From IMG/VR virus record IMGVR_UViG_3300010397_000006, positions 7,471 through 71,470 of that record: 64,000 nt of DNA; one strand, given 5' to 3'. A model generated the notes under the pieces. It was not told the DNA's origin, made no database searches, and worked only from the letters and a program-made list of their open reading frames with translations. Position 1 is the first letter of the stretch, and every line of letters begins with the position of its first letter. The stretch comes from a virus. Shown here one piece after another: positions 17,745-28,050 of the stretch. Position numbers and translations under genes: made by a program.

Positions 17745-20716
17745 TTCAAGTGACTGGAACTTGAGTCAAGAGTACAGTTAACTAGACTCCTGAACTTCAC
17801 TGTATCGTTTGCTGTAAGTGATTCTATAAACGTACTGCCAAGTCGCTGTCCCGATGTAGCCTGGAACATCCCGTCCACCTTTGCACTCCCGTTGAGATAT
17901 AGTGCAAACACAACGTTTGACGTGTTCACACTACAAAGACCCACAGAAAAGATGTAGATTCCTGTAGACGGGGCAGTGAAGATTCCCGACGACCACGCAG
18001 AGCCTACATTGGTGGTTATATTATTGAAGTCAATGTCTGTAGTGCCGTTGGTCAAAGTCTGGTTGGTGGTGCGGTTTGCTTCAAGATAAAGCGTAGACGA
18101 CCCGCCTCCCGCCGAGCCTGTAACATTTACAGTTGCCGTGTTTCCAGAGACAGTTGCCTGAACGTTTGCTCCCACGAAGTTTATAGTGGAAACATTTCCC
18201 TGTGTAACCCCTTCGTCTTGGATGGTAAAAGTTCCTGTAGGAGGCGTGGAGTTTAGGCGAATTACCGTTCCTGAAATCGTGGCAGTTAGATTAGTCCCGA
18301 AGTCAATCCACGTCCCCGTCCCAAGAGGAACACCGTTCGAGAGTCCGTACACTCCGATGAGTTCGGCGGGGTCGGGAGAAATGTTTAGATTGAGAACCGT
18401 ACCCGACAGGGAAAGCGTTGCTCTCTGTCCGGTAGCGTTTAGGATTGTCCCTGTCCCTACAGGTGTGCCTTCATCCCATCCCATAATCCCTAATAAACTT
18501 CCGCCTCCACTCGCTCCTGTCACCGCGTCCACAAACAGAGTCGTACCCGTCCGAACGACTGACAGGTTACTTCCGAAGTTCACAGTGGAGCCTGTCCCAA
18601 CTACTACCCCGTCATCGAGAGCAAAGATTCCGATGTTGTCTATGGGATCAGGAGAGATGTCGAAAGCGAATACCGTCCCGCTTCGAGAGAGAACCGCGCG
18701 AGAACCGCGAACATTCAAAACTGTTCCCGTTCCGAGTGGTATCCCCTCGTCCATTCCAGCGAAGCCGAGAGTGTCTATTCCTCCTCCGCCTCCTGAAACC
18801 GTTCCTGTTTGCAGGACGACCCACCCGTTTTTCTGTCGTCCGTACACTTGCCCGTCGGCAGGGGCTTCTTTGACGAGGGGAACACCATTGGAAAGGGCTG
18901 TGCCGGAGAGATTGACGTAGAAATTTTGTGGATTGAATCCATCTCTCTTGAAAACTGTTCCTGATCGACCTACTTCTATGTAATTTCCAAAGTCTTGCGC
19001 TTCGATGTCGCCAAGTTGACCAATGATATGTTGATGATTGGCGTCCCATCCTGCAACAAAGACTGCTCCTGTTCCCTGTCCGTTGGTTATCCCGAAACTG
19101 TCGTCGTAGATTTCCAGCAGGCGAAGATTGCCTCCGTTTCCATCTCCGAACCCGATATAACTATTGGTCGGGAAGGTATCTGTGTCAAAGGAAAATAACT
19201 GGTGGTTTGCGCCGAGGTGAAGATGGTAATTCTCTTGAATTTGGGTTGTTCCAAATCTGGATATCCCCGAAGTAAACAAGGCTTGACCACCCAAATCAAC
19301 GGTCTGATTTGCGCCCACATACGGAACAAATCCCGTTCCTCCACTCCCACCTCCTGATACATCTATGTTGAACACCGTCCCCGAAAGCGTAGCCGTAACC
19401 CCTGCGCCTACGAAGTTCAGGACTGTACCAGTTCCAAGCGGAACACCTTCGTCCCAACCCATCATGCCAACTGAGAAGACTTGGTTCATGTTGACGGTTG
19501 CGGTTCCTCCGCCTCCCACCCCCACCTCTACCAAGTCCAGTTCTATGACATCGGCAGTGATTCGTTTTCCTGTGCCATTTTCAAGATTGATCTGAATGGC
19601 GTCGCCTGGAAATAACTCTACCATCGTGTTCACAAAGATAGTATCTTCGGATATGTCGTCAGCAGTGGAATATCCCCTGGGAACAACCTGTCCCAACATT
19701 GTTACGGTGGCGTATCCGTTGAAAGGATTGCTGTCTACAGATATGATGTCCACCCACGCGCTGACGTTGTACCAACCATATCTAAGAACGCCGCGCCGAG
19801 TATTCGTTACAACGGTAGTTATATTGCTATCGTCAATGACTATCGCCCTGAGGTCTAAGTTGTTTTGTGTAACAACCGTACCTGTCATAATGGTGGTGAC
19901 TTGGCTGTAGTATTGAGCAAACGCCGCGCTTCCTGTTCCGCCGCCCCCGCCCCCTCCGCCTCCTACGGATGAATTGAAGAACTGTCTCACGTCATATATG
20001 TTCTGCCAGGTAACCGCAGTCGTTCCAGAGACCAAGCGGACGCCCGCAATCGGCATCTGGTTTGTGCCTGTCGTTACTGGAAGGTAAGGAAGAACATCGG
20101 AAGTTCCGGTCAGGTTTGCCGAGAACATCCCCGTTCCCACAATCAGTTGCGTAGTCCTTGAGTCCCAGTCCATGCAGACTAGAACCATTTTGGCTAAGTG
20201 GTTTGTTGGGCGATGATTGACAATGTTGGGAGTTGGACTATCGGGAATGAAGTGCCAGCCAGAGTTCAATTGCGGATAGGACGCGACGATGGCGTTGGGC
20301 GCACCGAACGTACCAGAGGGGACGAGACTAAGGGGAACGAACTGCTTGGAGAAGATGAAGGCAACATCCCCGCCGCCGCCGTTATCGGGGTCGAAGGAAT
20401 GGGAGTGACCATGCTTGGGCAGGAAGGACGAGTTCCACGTCGCATAACGCAGGTCATCTTTCCGAATGACCTCATAACGATTGACATTCCAGACAACGAT
20501 AACTGCCAAGCCAAACTGTTCCGAAACCTTATCGTTGAACGCCTGAATAAGTTCCTGCTCTTTGGTATTGAGCATGACGTACACGAAGCCGGGGCGATTG
20601 GGAACCTCGACCACCTCAATCCCGTTCAGGTTGACCCCCATCGTCCCTGCCAGTTCCGTCTTCTTATTCTGCTTGGACTTGTCCTGTGTGCGGAGGGCTT
20701 TTTCGAGTCTGTCCAT
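17717..20716 (-). CDS. tail fibre / receptor-binding protein with ~45-aa repeats and a C1q-like C-terminus
   Basis: repeated DEGxPLGTGTVLN...SGT units, poly-Gly linkers, FTAPSTGIYIFS. Confidence 0.75.
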   Translation of the reverse strand: MDRLEKALRTQDKSKQNKKTELAGTMGVNLNGIEVVEVPNRPGFVYVMLNTKEQELIQAFNDKVSEQFGLAVIVVWNVNRYEVIRKDDLRYATWNSSFLPKHGHSHSFDPDNGGGGDVAFIFSKQFVPLSLVPSGTFGAPNAIVASYPQLNSGWHFIPDSPTPNIVNHRPTNHLAKMVLVCMDWDSRTTQLIVGTGMFSANLTGTSDVLPYLPVTTGTNQMPIAGVRLVSGTTAVTWQNIYDVRQFFNSSVGGGGGGGGGTGSAAFAQYYSQVTTIMTGTVVTQNNLDLRAIVIDDSNITTVVTNTRRGVLRYGWYNVSAWVDIISVDSNPFNGYATVTMLGQVVPRGYSTADDISEDTIFVNTMVELFPGDAIQINLENGTGKRITADVIELDLVEVGVGGGGTATVNMNQVFSVGMMGWDEGVPLGTGTVLNFVGAGVTATLSGTVFNIDVSGGGSGGTGFVPYVGANQTVDLGGQALFTSGISRFGTTQIQENYHLHLGANHQLFSFDTDTFPTNSYIGFGDGNGGNLRLLEIYDDSFGITNGQGTGAVFVAGWDANHQHIIGQLGDIEAQDFGNYIEVGRSGTVFKRDGFNPQNFYVNLSGTALSNGVPLVKEAPADGQVYGRQKNGWVVLQTGTVSGGGGGIDTLGFAGMDEGIPLGTGTVLNVRGSRAVLSRSGTVFAFDISPDPIDNIGIFALDDGVVVGTGSTVNFGSNLSVVRTGTTLFVDAVTGASGGGSLLGIMGWDEGTPVGTGTILNATGQRATLSLSGTVLNLNISPDPAELIGVYGLSNGVPLGTGTWIDFGTNLTATISGTVIRLNSTPPTGTFTIQDEGVTQGNVSTINFVGANVQATVSGNTATVNVTGSAGGGSSTLYLEANRTTNQTLTNGTTDIDFNNITTNVGSAWSSGIFTAPSTGIYIFSVGLCSVNTSNVVFALYLNGSAKVDGMFQATSGQRLGSTFIESLTANDTVKFRSLVNCTLDSSSSHLNWIRIVKLA

Positions 20717-23091
20717 TACAGCATCTCCGGCGGGATGTCACAAATTCTGTAGATATGGAAACTGTGACCGTTGATGTGGTTTCCGATTGCGACCCCGCCG
20801 AAGTGAGATTCGCAACTGTCACCTGCGTCCATCAGGAGGATACCGGAAAGAGTAACGTTATTGCCTCCAAAACTTGCCCCTGGGTCGTTGAGTTGCCTGC
20901 CATATAACCCGTTCGCACCCGTAGTGTCGCCGCCTCTTGTGGGACTTTGGGTGATATAGAACACGGTATCCACAAAGTCACCAGCATTGTCGCTGTTGGT
21001 AATCAGGTGGGCGTGAACAGAATAAAGCCCGCGCTTGGAAACCAGAAAGCCTATCGTTTCATCATTCAGGGAGTATGTAGTTATTCCATTCAGCACACTG
21101 CCTACACTGGATTTTCCAGAAGTCCCCCCAAACCACCACGCGGCTCCGAAGTCCACCGTCGTTCCCGTAGGCGACGGGATGGGCGGGAAGAAAGAAGACG
21201 GGAAGGCAGAGGCGTGATAGGTAGGGTTGTCGAAACCCTGCGAGGGAGGGATGTCGGGGATGGGGATGGTCTCCCCTGCCTCTCCGGTTGTGATGATGGA
21301 AAATGTTATACGCGGGAGGAATGTCTGGTTACTTGCGTCCCATGTCCACGAAATAGAGGACGGGATATAGAGAGAAGAAATATTTCTACCACGCACGTTG
21401 TCGTCGGAACTTATGTCGATTTGAACTGCTTCCTGTGGAGCGATGTCGAGGTGAGAGAAGTTACCCGTCATGTCCATATCAATTGAGGGAAACTTGGCGT
21501 TCTTGAAAGCCAGAACGTTTCCCGCCAGTTGGTTGAGTTGTGCCTGATCTGTAAGGGCAAGACCCTGTGTGCGCTCAACCTTGCCGCGATAGGAGGGGGC
21601 GTTGCCGGGGGCGTTTGTCATGAGGGCAGAGAATGTTCCGGTATTTGAACCCGCATAAGCAATCCCGCCCATCTCAATAAATGAGGTGGTGTTGGCAAGT
21701 TGTTCCTCGATGCGAGGTTCGTTCATCCAGTCGCGTTTTTCAATTGACATGACCGGAGGAAATGTTCCGGTTGCGTTCGGCTGTGCGTAGGCGTCCACTT
21801 CCAGCCACAACTTAGACTGCTTGTCCGAGATAACGGAACCGACAAGGGCGGAACGAATCAAGGAGTCGATGGCGTCGTACAAAGACCCTCGGTCTGCATC
21901 GTAGAATTGAATCTTCTTATCTTCCCCAAGAAATTGCACATCGGTTACGTTCAGGACAGTTGTGTGCCATCGTAGGTAGTGATAGATAGCCCGCCTGACA
22001 TCCATGTCCTTGAGTTCAAACCACGTAGTCGGGGTGACTTTGGATTCAACTGAACAGGAGAATCCTTCGCCCTGTTTCATGATGGCGGAAATGGAACCTG
22101 CCGAAAGTTCTACAGTATTTTTCTTGTAGTTTATCCGAATGGAGTCATCGAGAATATAGCCAGAGAAAACTACGTTGGTTGGATTTCTGCCAAAGGAAAC
22201 CTTCTCTGACCCGTACCAGTTCTCAGCAAAGATAACGACAACGTCTCCCTCGGCAATGTCTATCACTTCATGCAGGGTGATTTGGGCAGTGTAGCCGCTT
22301 TCGCCGCGCGAGCCGTCCAGAGAGTTGAGTTCCCACTTGAGAGGCGGAGTACCCGTCCCGCAACCAGGATAGTCGTAGACGGAGATATAGCGATAGGTGG
22401 GGTCAATAGACCCATTCGAGCCAGAAACGCTCAGGGACGTTACGTAGTGACCTGGGGAGGCATAGGAAACCGTGCCGGGGTTGGCGAGTGTAGACGTGGA
22501 GGGGGTTCCGCCCTCGAATGTCCAGAAGTAGGATAGGGTTCCTGAAACAAGATTGTACGTTCCTGACGAAGACCAGTCTGATTGAGCGATGCCGGAGGAA
22601 CAGTCTCGGAACACCGCGCGGTGACTGCCTGCGTTGACGAAGGTTCCGAGGATGCTGTTGGCATTAGTGTAAACGATGTCGTAATCCTTGAGGAAGACAA
22701 CTGCGTCAAAATTGGCAGAATTGTGAATAATACGAGGATAGCGAGCAAAGATGCCCCATGCGTTTACGACGGAAATTATGTCATTATCAGCCCAAGACAC
22801 ATCGGAATTTTCGGCTACAACAAATTCTATACTGCTTGTAGAACGAACTCTGACTCTTCCTTTTTCTCTGGAAGGATTTGTCCCGTCATAGACAATCATT
22901 GTTTGGTCTACTTTAACATCTGTGTAACTTCCAATCGTTACTGTGTCAAAAGGAATAGTCCTTGCCCCGCGAGTAACTGCACCGTTTACAAGTGCCTTGA
23001 AAACGACGCGTGGTTTGTAGATGGAAAGAAATAATTTCGTTTGTTGTGGTTTTTGACGGGCTGTCGCTAATTGCGAATCAGACAGTTTCAT
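20716..23091 (-). CDS. minor tail/hub protein with PKD-like domain
   Basis: YFWTFEGGTP...YASPGHYVTSLSV PKD signature; position after the distal tail gene. Confidence 0.7.
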   Translation of the reverse strand: MKLSDSQLATARQKPQQTKLFLSIYKPRVVFKALVNGAVTRGARTIPFDTVTIGSYTDVKVDQTMIVYDGTNPSREKGRVRVRSTSSIEFVVAENSDVSWADNDIISVVNAWGIFARYPRIIHNSANFDAVVFLKDYDIVYTNANSILGTFVNAGSHRAVFRDCSSGIAQSDWSSSGTYNLVSGTLSYFWTFEGGTPSTSTLANPGTVSYASPGHYVTSLSVSGSNGSIDPTYRYISVYDYPGCGTGTPPLKWELNSLDGSRGESGYTAQITLHEVIDIAEGDVVVIFAENWYGSEKVSFGRNPTNVVFSGYILDDSIRINYKKNTVELSAGSISAIMKQGEGFSCSVESKVTPTTWFELKDMDVRRAIYHYLRWHTTVLNVTDVQFLGEDKKIQFYDADRGSLYDAIDSLIRSALVGSVISDKQSKLWLEVDAYAQPNATGTFPPVMSIEKRDWMNEPRIEEQLANTTSFIEMGGIAYAGSNTGTFSALMTNAPGNAPSYRGKVERTQGLALTDQAQLNQLAGNVLAFKNAKFPSIDMDMTGNFSHLDIAPQEAVQIDISSDDNVRGRNISSLYIPSSISWTWDASNQTFLPRITFSIITTGEAGETIPIPDIPPSQGFDNPTYHASAFPSSFFPPIPSPTGTTVDFGAAWWFGGTSGKSSVGSVLNGITTYSLNDETIGFLVSKRGLYSVHAHLITNSDNAGDFVDTVFYITQSPTRGGDTTGANGLYGRQLNDPGASFGGNNVTLSGILLMDAGDSCESHFGGVAIGNHINGHSFHIYRICDIPPEML

Positions 23092-23432
23092 GCTTGCACC
23101 AATAAAACCAATTTAACTTCCGTTAAAAACTCCTCTGCGAAGTATTCTGTAAATTCAGGCTGACGCAGAATCGTGCCACTGAAATCCTTATAACCGAATA
23201 CGCTTCCGCGAAAATCGGGCAATCGGGCAACAACCGTTCCTGTTGCCATGATGCTGAAATAGGTCAACAGTTCGTAAAATTCCTGTTGTGATTCTAAGTT
23301 GAATGTCATTTGGAATTCACGTAAACGGGGATAAATAGCCACGCCATTCCCGCCTATCCCTAACGAATCCTGTGTCACCCATCCTGCCGATGACGGCGCG
23401 AGCATGAGTCCTGTTCCGTTGAAACCTATCAT
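23088..23432 (-). CDS. distal tail (Dit)-like protein
   Basis: position immediately after the tape measure gene. Confidence 0.55.
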   Translation of the reverse strand: MIGFNGTGLMLAPSSAGWVTQDSLGIGGNGVAIYPRLREFQMTFNLESQQEFYELLTYFSIMATGTVVARLPDFRGSVFGYKDFSGTILRQPEFTEYFAEEFLTEVKLVLLVQA

Positions 23433-26400
23433 CTATTCTTACTCCTGTTTATCCGGCTCACAACGTCGGCTGTGGCATCTTGCGAACGCTGTATTACGCG
23501 CGCTTCCAAATCCGGGGACAAGTTCAAATCGACTGCAATCCGAGTTTGCCCGTTGTTACCGTTCATTCCGTCCACGCCACTCAAAGGCTGTTTACTCTTG
23601 AGGGAACCGAGTTTCGAGAGGGGTGTGATGGTCACTAGTTCCGGCTCCCCGCCCTCACCGAAGGTCGCTGTGGTGGGCTTGGTGGCGACGAACTGTCCGC
23701 CTTTGGCAAGACCACCGACGTAAGTTCCCAAATTCGTTGTTCCCATCTGTCCTGAAAAATTGAAACCAGAGAACGAACCTCCGAATCCTGCCAACGTGCC
23801 CTGATACTGGGCAATGACAGCCGCGATTTGCTGTAAAAACCCACTTGCTTGACCAAGCATGGCTTGATACCCCTGTGCAGTAAGGTTTGCCAGAGAACCA
23901 TTTGTGCCATAGTAGCCATTAAGTAAGTTATATAATTTCTGTGCGGCGTCCGCGTTTAAGTTATATTCTTCGGCAATCTTGTCGGAGGCGGCTTGGATTA
24001 TTTCTTTCTTCTGGTCTTCCATTCTTGACATTTCAATCGCATGGTCTTGTTCCATGCGCGCGCGCTTTGTGGCTTGTTCTTCATCGAAGCGTTGCAGGCG
24101 GACAGCTTCTTCCTCTGCCATCTCCTGTAGACGCTCGGCTTCCTGCGCCTTCATTTGCTCTAGGTCTTGCTTGTGCTGTTCGTCCGCGTCCTTCTTCCGC
24201 AGATTGTTCTCATTAATCATGTTCTGCTTTTCCATGTTGTACTTATCAATGAGTCGCAGAACTTGTTTGGCGTCACGTTCCCTTAGAGCATCTTCGAGGT
24301 CATACAGGAACTTCTCGCGCAGTTGCCGCATCTGTTCCTGAAACTTGCGTTCGTCATCCTTTTCCTTCTGGCGGTACTTGTCGTTGGCTTCCTTCTGGCG
24401 CAGGGCAAATTGCCGCTGTGTTTGCAGGACATTGAGGTTGTAGTCTTCGACAATGTGTTCGCGTTCAATTGCCGAATCCTGATCGAAGCGTTGGAGTTTG
24501 AGTTGGAAATCCTGCTCAGACTGTTCCATTTTCTTTTGCAGGTCTTCGAGGGACTTCAACATATCCCGAAGGGCGTTCTGAGCCTTTGATGTGTCGATAC
24601 TGTCGAGCGCACCAGCAAAGTTTTCTACAGCGGCGGTTGGGGTGTCAAGTGCTTGTCCGAAATCGGTTGTATAGGATTGTGCATCTGCTACGCCTTGCTT
24701 GAAGGCATCTGAGACTTCCTTCAAATTCTTAGCAACGTTGAGGCGGCTAAAGAATCCCTCTCCCTTGATTTCGTTTAGTTTTGTGCCTGCGGCGATGAGT
24801 CCCGAAATAAGAGCGACGGTTTGTCTTATTGTTCCCTGATTTTTTACTAACCAGTCGTTTAGATTTTGAAGCTGAACAACCAGACCCTTGAAGTACTGAA
24901 TCAGAGCAGGAGCAAGGTCGCCCCCAATGGTGGTTAGAAAGTTTTGCCACGCGGCTTGCACCTTGCCAACTTGTCCCTCTACAGAATTGAAATAGGCATC
25001 GAGGTCTTTCTTTTCCTGGTCGGTAGATTTACCAAGAATAGAGAGAGTGGCGGCGGCTTTTACTTTTGTCTCTGCGTCACCGGAAAGATTCTGGTAAGCC
25101 TTAGAGGTCTCTACAAGTTTCAGACGCAGGGCTTCGGCTTGGATGGCATCGTCAGAGATAGAAACACCTAAGTCTCGAATCCCTTGTGAACGACCTGTGA
25201 GGAGTCCGGTCAAAACTTGGGACTGGACTTGCTCAAACGAGAGTCCCAATGCCTTGTTTCTTACAGCGAGAACAGTGATGTCTTCGGCTAAACTGGCGAT
25301 CTGTTTTTTATTGAAACCAAGTTCTTTTGTGAACAACGCGACTGACGAAACGGCTTTAGTAGCATCTACTTTGGAAAGCATTGGGTCGAGTTGTTGTAAA
25401 GCATTAATCGTCTCTTGCAGGTCTTTAGGGCTTATGTCTACGCCCTGCTGAGACAAAATCCGTTCGGCGTTGCGAATGTTGTAAAGTGCGCCTTCCATCC
25501 CCTGCAAGTCTTTGATGGTGTCAGAAATCGTGGTCTGAATGAGTTGGAAGAACTGGAAGACGCCAAGGGCAACTAGAGTACCAAGGGCAGTCCGAACAAC
25601 ATCTATCGCGGCTCGAAACCCTTTGGCTTCCTGTGTGCCGACAGATAGTTCGTGATTGAGTCCCTTGACTGCCAGTTGCGCTTGTGCGGCAGGTGCGCCC
25701 ATTGCCTCAAGTTGCTTGGCAACTTCCCCAAACTGCGCGCCTGTAGTTTGAGAAACGGTCTTGATAACTTCTTTGAGTTGGTTGACGGTCTGTTGATTAC
25801 TGCCGCCAATATTTAATTTGCCCGCCGCCTGCAATTTCGTGAGTTCGGCGCGCACTAATTCAATTTGCTGTGTCTCGTTTTTGAACGAAGCAGAGAGACC
25901 TTGATTTTGTTTGGTCAGGTTCTCGACGGCAACGGATACTAGGTTGGTATCCTTCAAGAGTTCAGGGAAGGACTTTCCCAGTTCCGCGCCCACGTCTTTG
26001 AAGGGCAGGTTGGTCGATTTTTGCAGGTTGGCAATCGTTGTTTGGACGAGTTTTAATTGCTCCTGGTAGGTCGCAAGACCCTGGAACTGCCCCTCAAACC
26101 CAGATGTCCCCGCCTTCGCAGTCGATAGGCTGGCAAGTTCTCCTTGCAGGACTTGAAGTCTCTGGGCGTACTGGGCGGCGGAGGGGTTGGTCAGTTCCTT
26201 ATTGACAACCGATAATGCCGCCTGCGCGTCTTTTGCAGAAACCCCCATCCTCTGTAGTCCTGCGGCAACGTCTTCATAGTTCGCGCCTGTCTGGGCAGAA
26301 ACTTCCTTGATCGTATCCTGCAAACTGGCAGACACTTCGGCAGGTGTTCCAGCGAGGTTGATCTTGCCTCTGGCTTGCAGTTCACTCAGGGCGGCGTTTA

Positions 26401-27145
26401 CTTCCGCGATGGTCTGCTGGACGGGCTTGAAAGAGGCAGATAACCCTCGCGCTTCGTTGGAGAGGTTTTGTATGGCAGTAGAAACGAGGTTCGTGTCTTG
26501 GAGGAGTTCGGGGAAAGATTTTCCTAACTCTCTCCCAATGTCCTTGAGGGGGAGATTGGTTTTCTTCTGTAGATCGGAGATTGTTTTCTGGACGAGTTGA
26601 AGTTTCTCTTGGTAAGAAGAAAGATTCGTAAATTGCTCTCCGAATCCTGTGGGTGTTGGTGAGTTTGAATTGGCAGGAGCGACGGTTTGTGGACGTTTTA
26701 GGTTATTCAGTTCGGACGTGAGGAGTTGAAGTTTCTTTATCTGCTCCCCTATGGAAACATTGGCTTCCTTGACAGAACCGTCGAAATTCATTTCTGATTT
26801 CGCGGCGTTTGAATCTTCTGTGGCAAATCTATTCTTTGCCTGCGCCGCCTTCGCTAAGGCTTCGGTCTGCTTGAAAACTTCGTCTGTAACAAAGACGCCT
26901 TGCTTTTGTCCTGCTGGTGTCTGAAAACCAGTAAAGGGGTCTTCCCCTGCGCCAACCTGTTCCTTTATCTGGGCAAGGGTTGTTTTCCAATTTTGCCCAA
27001 GCGAACGAGAATAGTCCTGTAACTTTCTGTTAAGGAGTTCTGCTTTTCCGGCTACTGTTTCAGCCTGTTCTTGAACATCTTTTAGGGCTTGTATGGCTTG
27101 AGAAGCGTCGAACTCAAGTCTTTGGGTTACTATCTCGTCTGCTAT
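23429..27145 (-). CDS. tape measure protein (probable ATA start; 1238 aa)
   Basis: frame is open from ATA at 27145 (ADEIVTQRLEFDASQAIQAL...), GAGGA upstream; helical/coiled-coil, C-terminal GEGGEPE motif. Confidence 0.85.
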   Translation of the reverse strand: MADEIVTQRLEFDASQAIQALKDVQEQAETVAGKAELLNRKLQDYSRSLGQNWKTTLAQIKEQVGAGEDPFTGFQTPAGQKQGVFVTDEVFKQTEALAKAAQAKNRFATEDSNAAKSEMNFDGSVKEANVSIGEQIKKLQLLTSELNNLKRPQTVAPANSNSPTPTGFGEQFTNLSSYQEKLQLVQKTISDLQKKTNLPLKDIGRELGKSFPELLQDTNLVSTAIQNLSNEARGLSASFKPVQQTIAEVNAALSELQARGKINLAGTPAEVSASLQDTIKEVSAQTGANYEDVAAGLQRMGVSAKDAQAALSVVNKELTNPSAAQYAQRLQVLQGELASLSTAKAGTSGFEGQFQGLATYQEQLKLVQTTIANLQKSTNLPFKDVGAELGKSFPELLKDTNLVSVAVENLTKQNQGLSASFKNETQQIELVRAELTKLQAAGKLNIGGSNQQTVNQLKEVIKTVSQTTGAQFGEVAKQLEAMGAPAAQAQLAVKGLNHELSVGTQEAKGFRAAIDVVRTALGTLVALGVFQFFQLIQTTISDTIKDLQGMEGALYNIRNAERILSQQGVDISPKDLQETINALQQLDPMLSKVDATKAVSSVALFTKELGFNKKQIASLAEDITVLAVRNKALGLSFEQVQSQVLTGLLTGRSQGIRDLGVSISDDAIQAEALRLKLVETSKAYQNLSGDAETKVKAAATLSILGKSTDQEKKDLDAYFNSVEGQVGKVQAAWQNFLTTIGGDLAPALIQYFKGLVVQLQNLNDWLVKNQGTIRQTVALISGLIAAGTKLNEIKGEGFFSRLNVAKNLKEVSDAFKQGVADAQSYTTDFGQALDTPTAAVENFAGALDSIDTSKAQNALRDMLKSLEDLQKKMEQSEQDFQLKLQRFDQDSAIEREHIVEDYNLNVLQTQRQFALRQKEANDKYRQKEKDDERKFQEQMRQLREKFLYDLEDALRERDAKQVLRLIDKYNMEKQNMINENNLRKKDADEQHKQDLEQMKAQEAERLQEMAEEEAVRLQRFDEEQATKRARMEQDHAIEMSRMEDQKKEIIQAASDKIAEEYNLNADAAQKLYNLLNGYYGTNGSLANLTAQGYQAMLGQASGFLQQIAAVIAQYQGTLAGFGGSFSGFNFSGQMGTTNLGTYVGGLAKGGQFVATKPTTATFGEGGEPELVTITPLSKLGSLKSKQPLSGVDGMNGNNGQTRIAVDLNLSPDLEARVIQRSQDATADVVSRINRSKNR

Positions 27146-27431
27146 TCAGTCCTCGAAGGAAGTCTACATAAGAAAAGAATTTCGTTTCTTTCATACCTCT
27201 CATGAACAAGGTGGAGGCGACAATTCCATTCAGATTCTTTGGCAAAGTCTTATACATGATCTTTAATGAACTCAGCAGTGTGCCAGGGATTGCGTGTTGA
27301 AAAATGTACTGCGTCTGGTCGATCAAGAGTTTCTTGTCCTCTTTTGGTAAAGCGTGTTTGAGGACGAGGTAGAGTTCATGGACTTGGCGGAGAGTTAGTT
27401 TCTTTGGTTTGATTTTTCTTTTGAACAACAA
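27114..27431 (-). CDS. tail assembly chaperone-region protein
   Basis: position between major tail and tape measure genes. Confidence 0.5.
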   Translation of the reverse strand: MLFKRKIKPKKLTLRQVHELYLVLKHALPKEDKKLLIDQTQYIFQHAIPGTLLSSLKIMYKTLPKNLNGIVASTLFMRGMKETKFFSYVDFLRGLNSRRDSNPKT

Positions 27432-28032
27432 CGGTATCTCTCAGGGGGTTGAACTCCATCGGCATCCCGCTCACGTCCTCCACCAGTCCTACCGGAAGGA
27501 AGTCGGCGCGGAACTTCATTTTCTTGATCGGGGGAATGGCAACCTTCATCCAGTATGGGCGAGGTAGGGGTTTGAAATGGTTCTTCTTCGTGCTTCGGTT
27601 GTAAGGATAAGCCACGTCCGACAAAGAATACTGAAATTCCATTTCCAACTGCTCATCGGTGAGGATTTCCTGAATGTATCCAAAGGCTTCATTTACATCC
27701 AATTCCGCGATGAAGTCGGAAGTCCATCCGTAGGTCTTGGCGATCATGTGCGACCACATTGCCCACCCGCGACCTTCGTAGTCCCAGGAAACGGGCTTGC
27801 CGTTCTCTTTGGGGACATCCTTGATGAGGGGGAGTTTTCCGTCCGGTTGGTTTTCCTTGAAAGCCTTGAGTAAAGAAAACACGGTGGTTTCCCAGGTTTC
27901 TTTATCAGAAACGTTTGAGGCGACTGAAAGATAGGCGAACACCCTGTCAGGGAATTCACTGCTTCCAGTCGCCTCTACTAGATTTTTCTTTAAACTTTCG
28001 AGTTCGAGATACTTTTTAAATCCGAGTGTCAA
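27376..28032 (-). CDS. tail assembly chaperone-like protein
   Basis: position; IAKTYGWT...IAELD motif. Confidence 0.55.
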   Translation of the reverse strand: MTLGFKKYLELESLKKNLVEATGSSEFPDRVFAYLSVASNVSDKETWETTVFSLLKAFKENQPDGKLPLIKDVPKENGKPVSWDYEGRGWAMWSHMIAKTYGWTSDFIAELDVNEAFGYIQEILTDEQLEMEFQYSLSDVAYPYNRSTKKNHFKPLPRPYWMKVAIPPIKKMKFRADFLPVGLVEDVSGMPMEFNPLRDTVVVQKKNQTKETNSPPSP

Positions 28033-28050
28033 CGGTTTGGTTTTATTGTT

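Noticed and set aside
17717-20716. Diversity-generating retroelement targeting the tail fibre
   Set aside because: No reverse transcriptase and no adenine-variable TR/VR pair was seen.
27376-27431. Programmed -1 frameshift between tail chaperone ORFs
   Set aside because: The overlap is A-rich, but the downstream ORF is in the +1 frame and no clear XXXYYYZ heptamer was seen; unsupported.
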